Source of the DNA: Chiloscyllium plagiosum | Taxonomy: Eukaryota | Length of the DNA: 64,000 nt | Direction of reading: 5' to 3' | NCBI RefSeq assembly: GCF_004010195.1 | Contig: NC_057712.1 | Location: 94,717,591 to 94,781,590, forward strand | Shown here: positions 25,122-35,824 of the stretch, in pieces | How the letters are laid out: each line of letters starts with the position of its first letter | How positions within the stretch are numbered: the first letter of the stretch is position 1 | Made by a program: the position numbers and the translations under genes | Notes under the pieces: generated by a model | Databases searched by the model: none | What the model was told of the DNA's origin: nothing | What the model saw: only the letters and a program-made list of their open reading frames with translations

Positions 25122-25651
25122 TCTGGTAAATGGAGCACAATGTGGAAATATGTGAAACTGTCTATTTGGAAGAAAGAATGAAAAAGAAGCATGTTATATG
25201 AATGATGAGATGTCACAGACCTGGGTGTATGTGAGATGGTGAGATGTCACCCTGGGAGACCTGGGTGTCCTGGTGTATGAATCACACAAGGTTGGAATGC
25301 AGGTACTGCAACTAATCAGGAAAGCAAATAGTAGGTTACTGTTTATTGAGGGGATTTGAATAGGGAAGAGTAGGGAAGTTATGCTTCAGTTATACAGGGC
25401 ATAGGTGAGACCACATCTGGAATACTGTGTACAATACAGGTTACTGTACTTACAGAAAGATGTTAATGTGTTGGAAGCAATTCAGAGAAGGGATATCAGG
25501 CTAATACCTGGGTTGAGTGGATTGCATATGAGGAAAGGCTAGACAGACTAGGCCTGTATCCTCTTGAATTTTGAAGTGTTGGTGTTGACTTAATAGAAAC
25601 ATATCAGATCCTGATGAGACTTGACTAGGTAGATGTTGAAAGGATGTTTCA

Positions 25652-26245
25652 TAGTCATAGAGTCATATAACATGGAAACAGACTCAGTCCAACCAGTCCA
25701 TGCAGAACATAATCCCAAACAAATCTAGTCTCATTTGCCTGCTCCTAGCCTGTATCCCTCCAAACTTTTCCTATTCATGTATCTATTGAAATATCTTTTA
25801 AACGGTATAATCGTACCCACATCCACCACTTTCTCAGGAAGTTCATCCCACATGAAAACCACCCTCTAAGTAAAATATTTGCCTCTTATATCTTGTGTAA
25901 ATCTGTCTCCTCTCACCTTAAACATGTGACCCCAGTCTTGGAATTCCCCATCCAAGGGAAAAGACAATTACTATTAACTCTATCCATACCTCTCATTGTT
26001 TTATAAACTTCTTTCAGATCGCCTTTCAATGTCCTACACTTCAGTGAAAGAAATCCCAGCCTGTCTAACCTTTCTTTATACCTCAAACGTTCCATACCCA
26101 GCAACATCCTGGTAAATCTCTTTTGAACCATCTTGATGATATCCTTCCTATAATTGGGCAATCAGAATTGGACACAAGGTTCTGGAAGAGGCCTCACCAA
26201 TGGGCTTTTCAACTTCAACATGACTTCCCAAAGCCTGTACTCAAA
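25652..26245 (-). mobile_element. CR1 (HER1-like) 3' fragment nested in CR1
   Basis: (catagagt)n tail at 25650-25670; ORF YRKDIIKMVQKRFTRMLLGMERLRYKERLDRLG. Confidence 0.9.
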
Positions 26246-27194
26246 GTCTTGTGAGAGAACCTATAACTCGAGTCACAGTTTAAAATGTGGGGTCACCCAT
26301 TTAAAACAGAGATGAGGAAACATTTATTTCTCTCAGATGTGAGTCTTTGGAATTCCCTTCCTCATAGGCAGTGGATGCAGAATCTTTAAATATTTTTAAG
26401 AGAGAGATCGATAGATTCTCAACCAACAAAGCGAATGAAAGATTATCGAGAATATGTAAAAGTGTAGGGTTGAGGTTAAAATCAGATCAGCCATGATCTT
26501 ACTGAATGAAGGAGCAGGCTAGAAGGACCCAATGACTTACTCTTGTTCCCTGTTCGCATGAGCTGCCTTCTTGAACTGCTGCAGTTTATTTGATGTGAAT
26601 ACACCCACAGTGCCATTGGGGGGAGTACAAGGAGTGCCAGTGACACTGAGGGAAGTGATATATTGCCAGAAGAATATGTGGGCTTCTGATTAATAGTCCA
26701 TTGACAATACCATTAGGCTATCATATGATAGAAGTGTTAATCCTCATCATATATTTCACAGCATTGTGTTTGTTTTCTGATTTGATTGTAATGGGCTTCT
26801 GTGGCAGCACCTGATTTATTCCTTCCTAACCTGAGCTGGCAAATCTTAATAGTAACTCAGGAGTACTGCTTATAAGGGATCCTGACTTCCACTCAGATCA
26901 GCTATTCGACTGTTTTTTTTAATCAGCTCGAGAAGATGTGCATTTATTTTCAATATTCTGGAGATAATAGTGAATTTAGAACTCTCAGAAAAACTGTCTG
27001 GACTTAGAGGAAGTTTCAGATTGATGCAAGGTCATTGCGAAATCTGTGGAGACGATGAAGGGAATGTCACAGATTACAGCAGGCAGGGTGACAACAATCT
27101 CAGTGTGAAAAGGAAATTCACCCTTCCCGTGAATTTCCAGGAATTGATTTTCTTGCCTCAACTCCAAATCTGGAAGTGTTAAATAAGGAACTCT

Positions 27195-27450
27195 CAGCAT
27201 AAGATCACCCGATACGCTGATGATGTCCTTTTGTTCTTGGCCAATCCAGAGGAGTCTGTTCCTCGATTGATTAAAAAAATTAATTTACTTGGCAGTTTTT
27301 TGGGATACAGGATCAACTACACAAAATTGGAAGCCATGCCGGTGGGGAGTTTACAGGAGGTTCCTGATCTGAAGGATGGAATGCAGTTCCCGTTTAGATG
27401 GTCGTCAAAAGATTTTTTGTATTTGGGAATTTTTATTAGCCCTGCCTTCT
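27195..27450 (+). mobile_element. L1 ORF2 RT fragment
   Basis: HKITRYADDVLLFLANPEESVPRLIKKINLLGSFLGYRINYTKLEAMP, paralogous to 7755-7990. Confidence 0.85.
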
Positions 27451-28609
27451 GGAGGGAGGATATTCAAGAACAAACAATGACTCATGAAATACCCATGACA
27501 GACATCCTTTTGCTTTTGGAACCAATCAGAGGTCCCCCGCAAAGTCTGTACCATCTATACCTACAGCTGCACCCAAGAATCTGTGGCAAGGGGCCAGAAG
27601 GTGTAAAGTGAGAATGTCTTGCTAAGAGTCCAGACAGCCATCTTCTCTCTCTCCTGGCCTGCTGCACTTCCCTGTCAAGAAAACACTGGGGAGCACTTGG
27701 CTGCCTATCAATGAGATGTTGAACCAGGATGGGGATGTTTAACTGCATCCTGTGTGAAGGGGCATCCAGAGTGAAGGCTATTGACCAGGACAAAAATACA
27801 ATTGTTTGGCTGCCCCGTGCCTGATTCTCCAGAGAGCTGGCCCCATTTGCCACAGAAGTGAATACCAGTATAAATACCTGAAGCATCATCGTGCTCATGC
27901 ACAGTTTGGACTCTTCTAACTTCCCTCTAAGGCCACATTAGGACTCTGACAGGAGCACACAGATTTCTCATTCCTGGTCCAAAACTTCCCCTTTTAACTA
28001 TCCAACATCACTGCCCCCCTCCCGAGATTCAGCATGTGCCGTAAACGAGGAAAGCTTGGGGTATCCTACACCCTGTGATGGCGACATTCCGCTGCTGTCC
28101 CTGTTCCCAAAATCTGCTCTTGCTCACATATACTCTGCTTCTCTCCATGTGTTACTGTAGATGTATGCAGCAGCATTTGTGAAGGGTGTGTAAGAGTCAT
28201 GGGCATCCTTAGTGGCTCACTCTCCTGTTGAGGACACCTATCCCTGTACCAACAACAGCTCTTTGTCACCCATGAAAAGGCCTGTGGGAATCATGCAACT
28301 TGAGCTAGTGATGATATTGAGAATGGGTACAAACACTCCAGAGTGCCTATCATGACATTTCAGCAAGGAGTGATTTCAATCCAACATAAGTAAATGTTAA
28401 TGTGTCAAGTCTTTGATCTAATACTGTCATGTGAGGCTGGATTTTTCCATCCCAAGGCCTCAGCTGGAATATCGTGTTCAATTTTAGGCAGTATCCTCCA
28501 AGAATGTGACTGTCTTGGAGGTGTTAAGAAATTCAGTAAATTGAACAGACTGGAGATACTGGAATTGTCCTCTCTAGAGCAGAGGAGGTGAACTTGATAT
28601 TTAATAAGT

Positions 28610-28690
28610 GTCAAGAGTATGCAGCTGGAAAAGCACAGCAGGTCAGGCAGCATCTGAGGAGCAGGAGAATCAATGTTTCAGGCAAAAGCA
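28610..28690 (-). mobile_element. Penelope pLTR fragment (ends within hammerhead stem II)
   Basis: gctggaaaagcacagcaggtcaggcagcatctgaggagcaggagaatcaatgtttcaggcaaaagc. Confidence 0.8.
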
Positions 28691-29111
28691 CATAAGATTT
28701 TAAAAGTGTGTCCTTACAACTGTTTCATTATGATATGACTGCAATAGGCTTAAGTGAAAAATCTGAAACAGGCACTTAAAATTCCAGACATATCAAGCAG
28801 GCTGTGTAGTAGTCCCTAGACTTTTTGTATGAAGGTCAACTGTCCTCTTGTATGACTATAAAAAACTGCCTGGATGGAAAACTTTAAGCTCAGTTGCCAC
28901 TGTGCCAAAACTAAACAGACCACCAAAATATATCCATCAACTACAGTTTGCAGATGAATGCAATGCTTTTCCCACTGTGCATCAGATTTGCAAACCATTC
29001 CTACTCTCTTTAATTCTGTATTCAAGAAGTTCAGCCTGTCCTTAAATGTTACCAAAACAAAAATTCACTTATTGGTCCACACCTTGAAGAAGCTCTCCTC
29101 CTCACTCTACA

Positions 29112-29207
29112 ATTCCTGAAGAAGGACTTAATGCCCGAAACATCGATTTTCCTGCTCCTCGGATGCTGACTGATCTGCTGCGCTTTTCCAGCACCACACT
29201 TTTCAAC
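29112..29207 (+). mobile_element. Penelope pLTR fragment with degenerate hammerhead motif
   Basis: attcctgaagaaggacttaatgcccgaaacatcgattttcctgctcctcggatgctg... Confidence 0.85.
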
Positions 29208-29439
29208 CCACATCAGGCCAGCCAAATAATCCACAACTTTTCCATCCAGCTCCACCATACATTCAGTCCAAATGCCTTAATACGAAGCAGAGAAGTAAGG
29301 AATGCAAATTCTGCAATTCAGAATTCCACTATCTCATGGGATGACCTGTCTCATATGCTCAAATATCTGTGAGTGAAAAATCAGCCTGTTCAGTCACTCA
29401 TGGGAGAAACTCAGAACCCCAAGTAGATGTCACTCGCGA

Positions 29440-29766
29440 ATGGAAACAGGTCCTTCAGCCCAACAAGTCCACACCTTTCCTCTGAAGAGTAACCCACCCA
29501 GACCCATTTCCCTACACTATTATCCTATATTTACACCTGACTAATGCACCTAACCTACACATCCCTGAACACTACGGGCAATTTAGCATTGCAATTCACC
29601 TAATCTGCACATCTTTGGATTATGGGAAAAAAACTGGAGCACCCAGAGGAAACCCATGCAGACATGAGGAGAATGTGGAAGCTCCACACAGACAGTTGCC
29701 TGAGGCTGGAATCGAACCCGGGTCCCTGGCGCTGTGAGGCAGCTGTGCTAAGCATTGAGTCACCAT
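29440..29766 (-). mobile_element. HE1-type tRNA-derived SINE
   Basis: Reverse complement: ggtgactcaatgcttagcacagctgcctcacagcgccagggacccgggttcgattcc..., the conserved central domain, then gtggacttgttgggctgaagg. Confidence 0.92.
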
Positions 29767-29824
29767 GCATTGTCATTGATAATGACAATGATCAAAACGT
29801 TAGAGTTGATTTGGAGAAACTGTA

Positions 29825-30115
29825 AGAAGTGTCAGCTGGCAGAGGATTAATGATCATTGGCAAAAGAACCAGAGGGGAGATGTGAAATCAAGTACAAGTT
29901 GTTGTTCCCTGAATTTCACTGTCTCAAATAATGGAGGAAGCAGATTCACTAGTTAGTGAAGGGAATTGGAATTTGAATCGAGAAGATAGAATTTGCAGAA
30001 CTAACAAGGGAAAAAAGGCAGAGAGTGGGAGCAATTTGATCATTTTAATTCAAAGAGCAACCACAGGCATGTTGGGCCAAATGGCCTCATTCTCCATTGT
30101 ATCATTCTATAGTTC
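29825..30115 (+). mobile_element. CR1 3' end fragment
   Basis: caggcatgttgggccaaatggcctcattctccattgtatcattcta, typical of the CR1 3' UTR. Confidence 0.65.
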
Positions 30116-30897
30116 ACTAGGTTTCCAGTGTCTGGTTAAGGAAAAGAATTTCAGCAAATGAAAACATGTTTCTTGCTATTTTGAAAGCTCTAAAATACAT
30201 GTTGACCTGACCACGAAGAGCGATCATTTTGGGAAATGAAAGTGAACATCTGTTCTCTAAAACTGGAGGTTTACTGTTTATGCTTTTCCATACAGACACT
30301 CTCCAAACTTTGTACACTCTGGACCTGGGACAGAACATATGGATTGTGTTTCCAATAGAACTTTTAAACCTGTATACCAAACAGGAAGCTGATATATTTA
30401 ATAATCTTCTGATCCACAATTTATTGAGGAATAATGGATGACCATTACATAACAATGGAATTTGAAAATAATTCTGCCTCTCAGATGTATGGTAATATCT
30501 GCTCAGCATTGGAGCTGAGTTGAATCAGACTAACAATAAAACATGACATAAATGGCTGTGTGGGAATTATAAAGTTCCTCAATGCTAAACTAATGTTAAA
30601 TAGATAAAATTATTTCCACTCCCCCTCCCCCACCACAAGGTGTCATTCAATATTTTGTTTCATTTGAATTTTCATTTATTTTGAACATTGCTGTGTTCAG
30701 AAAATTTTGTCAGTAAAGTATTGTTAGAGCAGATTTTTGTTTAAAAACAATCAGTGCTGTGGGCCCTGCAGGTTCTGAGAGACGATTCCAGGGCAGAGGG
30801 GATGGAATGGGGCAATAATGAGGTCATCAGATTGCTGAACAAGTATCTTCAAGTTGTCTGCATTGAAGAGAGCCCAAACCATTTTAAATGCTCACGA

Positions 30898-31685
30898 ATA
30901 AGTGAATGATTTATTTGAATGAATGATTCATTTGTCACTTGCATTTTACAGTGACTAGCTTCAGTAGTTGCCACAATCCAGCACCATTTTGAATAGTTTA
31001 CAAATAGAAAGGATAAAAGATATCACTGAAAGAGAGTCCTGAGCCATGAGCCAGCTCACCAATGACACCTGCTCCACCAACCGTACTCCGCTGACTCACT
31101 GCTGCCAGTACCAGATCCACCAAGGTTAGAGTCGCCACTCTCTAGGTGCCATCTCTTCTCCACTATGCCCACATCACCACCACTACCAAGGCCAATGTTG
31201 GTCTCGTGCTGAACCCACACTTGCCCCACAACCAGGAATCCCTGGCTGTGCTGCAGCCTCAATGACATCAGGAGACCCGGCTCCAGGCATAGCACAGTGC
31301 AGCCACTACCTCACGAATGGCAGCAATCCCTGCTCTGGGCCTACTGCGACCAAGGATCCCTGGATCCACTGTCAGACTAGGCCACCACCACTGTCTCACC
31401 AAGAGTCCCACCCCGATCGCCCTTCTCCGAGGTGCCAGCTTGCCAGTGCTGCCTTCCACCAGTAGGTGGAGCTGCCATTCCACACATGGACCGCTCCAAC
31501 TGCCATGCCAGTTTTGCCAGCTGACCTACCACGACTTCAAAGAGAAGAAAGACAAAAGAAAATAAATTAAGGAGAAAGAGCAGAAGTAAAGAGAGGAAAG
31601 AAAAAGAAAGAAAGCATATGGGAGCCAGTGTGCCTCAGGCAAGAGCCCACACACAGCCCTTTTACCCTGCTGCCATTTTGAAACT
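30898..31685 (-). mobile_element. Putative non-autonomous Rex/Babar-related retroelement (5' UTR fused to 3' tail)
   Basis: Minus strand starts caaaatggcagc (YY1-like), has a T-rich tract and a GC-rich body, and ends cactgtaaaatgcaagtgacaaatgaatcattcattca, resembling the Rex tail at 56760-56820. Confidence 0.5.
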
Positions 31686-32777
31686 AAAAGCCCTTGATCT
31701 GATTGGGATATAAATAGGTAGGAATTGCTATCAGAGGCCAACAAGGCTGGCCCTCTCTAGTCAATTGTGGCAGAATGAATGATCTGTCATTCATTTTATA
31801 TCTGGCAATATATCTTTATTTTTGAATGACTCCAACAGTTGTTTGTGAAATCTTAATGCCAATAATATTTGCTTTTCCCAGATCGCATCATTGCTAAGGC
31901 ACAACTGAGGGGTGTTATTTATATCTTATTATAACCTACCTGTCCATTTCTTGGGAAAATGCATTGCACATAACAACACCACTTCTGACTGGAAATTTTA
32001 GAGGTGGGATTAAGAGCTGAACCTAATGGAAGGAATCATCCTGTGAGTTACTGACAATTACACCTCCCCTCACCCTCACCTACCCACTGCCTTAGGCAGG
32101 TTCCAACAACAAAACTGAAAAGAAATTTTGACCCTATGGCATAAATGATCTTTCTTTTTTTTGTAGGTAATGCATAGATTGAGCATGGCGCAAATTACAG
32201 AGAAAATTGCGGGTATTTAAATGTTTTTGTTTCATTAATAACTGAAAAAGCAATCATTAGACTAATTACAAATATTAGTTAGAGTCTGGCTTGTCAAAGT
32301 GATCCCAGTTTTCATTGGGGATCCAGTTTCTGGATGTCTCCCGAGATGTTTCGCTGATTGCTTGTAATGAGTGACAAATCTCTCTCGTCCGTTCCAGTTC
32401 TTCATCACCTTCAGCTCAGGCTCTGTCCACTTTATTAACTATTTCATTCCTGAATTCTGTTACACATCCTCTTTTAGGAGATAGCAGAGCCTAAACGTCA
32501 CACCTGTCCATTGCCGACATGGCAGCTCCCTCATTATTAGGCCATTGAGGAACTTCTGTTATCCTGTGGCAGCCAGGTACCAGAAGTAAGGGTAAGGTTC
32601 TTTGTTTAATTATGATATTGGTGGGCAAGTGTGTAACCTTGCTGTCAGACTACTGTTCTCACCTCAGGTTGCTATCCTCTGTTTCACTTTGCCCACACTG
32701 ATTTTGTGCTTTTCGACTTGCCTCACTATCTGTCATATTTTTACATTAGCATGGTTTCTTTTCTTAAAAATAACCCC

Positions 32778-32978
32778 AAAGGACTGCAGATGCTGGAAAT
32801 CAGAAACAGAAACAAAACAGAAATTTCTGGAAAAACTCAGCAGGTCTGGCAGCATCTGTGGAGAGAAGGCAAAATTAATGTTTCGGGTCCAGTGACCTTT
32901 CTTCAGTTAATTCTGATTTCTCTCCACAGATGTTGGCAGACCTGTTGAGTTTTTACAGCAATTTCTGTTTTTGTTTCT
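32778..32978. mobile_element. Second Penelope family pLTR, inverted pair, with hammerhead variant
   Basis: Minus arm 32778-32906 contains CUGAAGA-A-AGGUC ACUG GACCC-GAAAC; plus arm 32907-32978 is its inverted copy. Confidence 0.8.
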
Positions 32979-34015
32979 TTTCATTAATTCTCCTTTAATG
33001 CCTGCAACTTATTTTAGGATGCCTGTCATATCAGCTCCCATTAACATAACTCCAAACATTTAACTGCATACTGTGCGTAGAGTAACAGATACTCAAAGAT
33101 ATAAATCAATCTAGTCACAACCCTAGGCCTGTCAAACCTTATCCACCCACCCTAACATCACAACAGAGAATTTGACCTTTAGGATAGAAAATTCATTCAT
33201 TATTCATTTGTTCTCTGCCAGAAAGCAGACCTTTGGCTCATTGTTTGCTGATATATCAACTGGAATGGTTTCTGTGCAATTTTTGTCAAATTGTTTGTTT
33301 GTTTTGCCATTAGTTTAATGTAAAGATATGTCACTGTTTATTCCGGCTTATGTGTATAATTGTTTGACCCTGAAAGGGTTCATGCTGAGGGATACATTAA
33401 GCACTGCCCACTATGAAGACATCAAATGGACTCTGGTGGATGAATAGCTCTCAATCTTGAAGGAGATCTGCCGACCAATGAAGTTTCCCTCAGAGTCCTG
33501 AGCTATTGTGTATCATAGCAATATAACTTGTATCTGATGGCAATCATGCAATAGACAGCAACTTGTTTAAAGACAAATGCCTCTTCTCGTTAACCGGCCA
33601 GTGGTTTACTTGACCATATTAGACCAAACAGGTCTATAAATCCCATAGAGGATGTCAGCAGCAAATATACTCCACGATGATAAATAGTCCAGGTAGCCGT
33701 AATAATGCAGTGTCAGTGGTGAGCATCACTTTATCTTACAACACAGTAAGCAACAGTGTGTATTCAGACACAGCTTTATGAGAGCTCCTTGTGCAGTCAG
33801 TCAACAGCCAAAAGAACTGAATGTTCCAGAACTCTGCAGAAGAGCAACTCATGACAAGATTCAACAAAACAGAAACTACCATCACAAGAAACAGCATTTC
33901 TGACCTGAAAAGAGAAGTGCAGAAACAATTGTGAGCTCAGAGCTACGTGGAATTGGAACACAAGTCACACCTGGCATTTCCATATTGTATGTGCTGCTAG
34001 TGACTGTAGGAATGG

Positions 34016-34239
34016 TGAAAGTGAGGACTACAGGTGCTGGAGATTAGAATCGAGAGTGCGGTGCTGGAACAGCACAGTAGGTCAGACAGCATCTGAGGAG
34101 CAGGAGAATTGACGTTTCGGGCAAAAGCCTTTCATCAGTAATGAGCTCATTCCTGATGAAGGGCTTTTGCCCAAAACGTCGATTCTCCTGCTCCTCAGAT
34201 GCTGCCTGACCTGCTGTGCTTTCTCAGCACCCCACTCTC
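34016..34239. mobile_element. Palindromic Penelope pLTR insertion with two hammerhead motifs and 14-bp TSD
   Basis: Arms are centred on atgagctcat (34141-34150). TSD gactgtaggaatgg at 34002-34015 and 34240-34253. Confidence 0.92.
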
Positions 34240-34699
34240 GACTGTAGGAATGGATCCTGTGTTAAGGTTTAGCCAAACAACAAATGGACATCAAAGGCTA
34301 CATGTGCGAAGTTGTAATATCTGATGGGCAAGAGGAAAACATTCAAAAATATGGTGCAGTTACAGGCAAAGAAGCCAAACATAAGCAAAGGACTTATAAC
34401 TCTGAAGGGGTTAATGCTGAGGAGTACATTAAGCACTGCTCAATATGACAAAGCCATATCACCTTGGGTGGGAGAACACTTCTAGATCTTAAAGTAGATT
34501 TAACTACCTTCTAGGTCAGTTTCAGAGGCTTTGTAAAATTGGACAGAATCTTACCAGGCTCTGAGTGCCATGGTAGAATGATGTGTAGCAAGAACACTTT
34601 GCGTTCAGGGGAAAAGCACCAGTTCATGAACTGATCCAGGCTGTATCTCACAGTTCTTCATTTCTCTGACAGTGTTCACTCAATCTGAACCAACCTGGA

Positions 34700-35680
34700 T
34701 GCGTGCAGTATCCCTGACCTGCCTTGCCTTTTTGTGCATTGCCTTCTTAGCCAGAGTTTTCCCCTGAATATTATTACTGCCTTGTCAACCCAGTTAGCAG
34801 AGACACAAAGCAGGGAACCCTATCAGAGTTGTCAGCAGGTCTCAATCCAGTCAAAGGGGACTACCTTTGTTCAGGGGATCCTGGCACATTCAAGGGGAGC
34901 CGATGATACTAGATTAGGTTCTGCTTGGGGAGGTCAGAGTCAGGATTCTCTCCTCATAAAGGGTGAGAAGCTAAATGACAGCCAGCACACCATCTATCCA
35001 TCTGCCCTGTTAAAAGGCTGTTTTGCTGCTGGCATAAGAGAGAAAGAGAGACAGAGACATGTTACACAGAAGATGACGTGGTTCACACAGCTAATATTGT
35101 TGGTTGAGGTGGGAGGGTTTTCCAAGTAAATTAGCAAACTGTTGGAGGGCATGCAGTGTTCATGGTGTCAGAGGTTGGTGTGGGTGACACTGAGTGAGAT
35201 CTTGCAGGCAATAGTGAGAGTGGTGGAGCACAAGCCTTGGTGGGAGGTGGGAGTTGGGTATCATAGTAGAGATAGATTGAGTGTAAGATATCAGAGAGAG
35301 GGTGCCACTTATACTGGCAGATTGGAGAAGGTCATTGACCTTCTTCCCAGTGTTGGGCATTCCTCCAGATGGCTGAGGCTACTCAGGTGGTAACCTTAGA
35401 CCAGGCTGGCATGGTCTGGGGTCATGGTCTGTACTGCTGGTCCAGAGGAAAGAAGACATCCTACTTGTGCACTACCTTGTAGAGCAGGACCTCTGCAACC
35501 ATGCCCACAAAGTAGGCACTATACTCCCCCTGTCTGGGGTAAATGTCAGGAACAGGTGCAGGGCGGCTCTTGACTGATAGTGTCTGTCCAGGCACAAAGA
35601 AGGAACACTTTAATATGGTGCCAGTGCCAAGGATGGCAGTCAATTCCATATCTCTTTTAAATGGGTTTTGTGCCATTGAT
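34700..35680 (-). mobile_element. PIF/Harbinger Myb/SANT relic
   Basis: Minus FVGMVAEVLLYKVVHK*DVFFPLDQQ...QTMPAWSKV...KKVNDLLQSA, then an intron-like tract, then LTLYEERILTLT (34932-34967). Confidence 0.65.
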
Positions 35681-35698
35681 GACACATGGTAAGATGGG

Positions 35699-35824
35699 CT
35701 GAAGAAGGGCTGAGGCCCGAAATGTCGATTCTCCTGCTCCTTGGATGCTGCCTGACCTGCTGCGCTTTTCCAGCAACACATTTTCAGCTCTGATCTCCAG
35801 CATCTGCAGTCCTCACTTTTTCCT
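35699..35824 (+). mobile_element. 126-bp Penelope pLTR insertion starting exactly at the hammerhead core, 15-bp TSD
   Basis: ctgaagaagggctgaggcccgaaatgtcgatt...ctcactttttcct. TSD acatggtaagatggg at 35684-35698 and 35825-35839. Confidence 0.93.

Larger units (their letters stand above)
24230..26560 (+). mobile_element. CR1 LINE (RT to 3' end) interrupted by two nested insertions
   Basis: YLDFQKPFDK (24364), KFIDDTKIG (~24600) and VRPHLEYCVQ (25405). It resumes at ~26245 and runs to the 3' UTR at 26560. Confidence 0.85.

Noticed and set aside
26970-27182. 70-aa ORF upstream of the L1 fragment
   Set aside because: No motif, and the length is expected by chance.
27450-28500. Possible further Harbinger relic
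   Set aside because: Composition is suggestive, but I could not recover a diagnostic peptide or terminal repeat.
34050-34240. pre-miRNA hairpin
   Set aside because: The hairpin is fully explained by inverted Penelope pLTRs with a TSD, and no small-RNA evidence is available.
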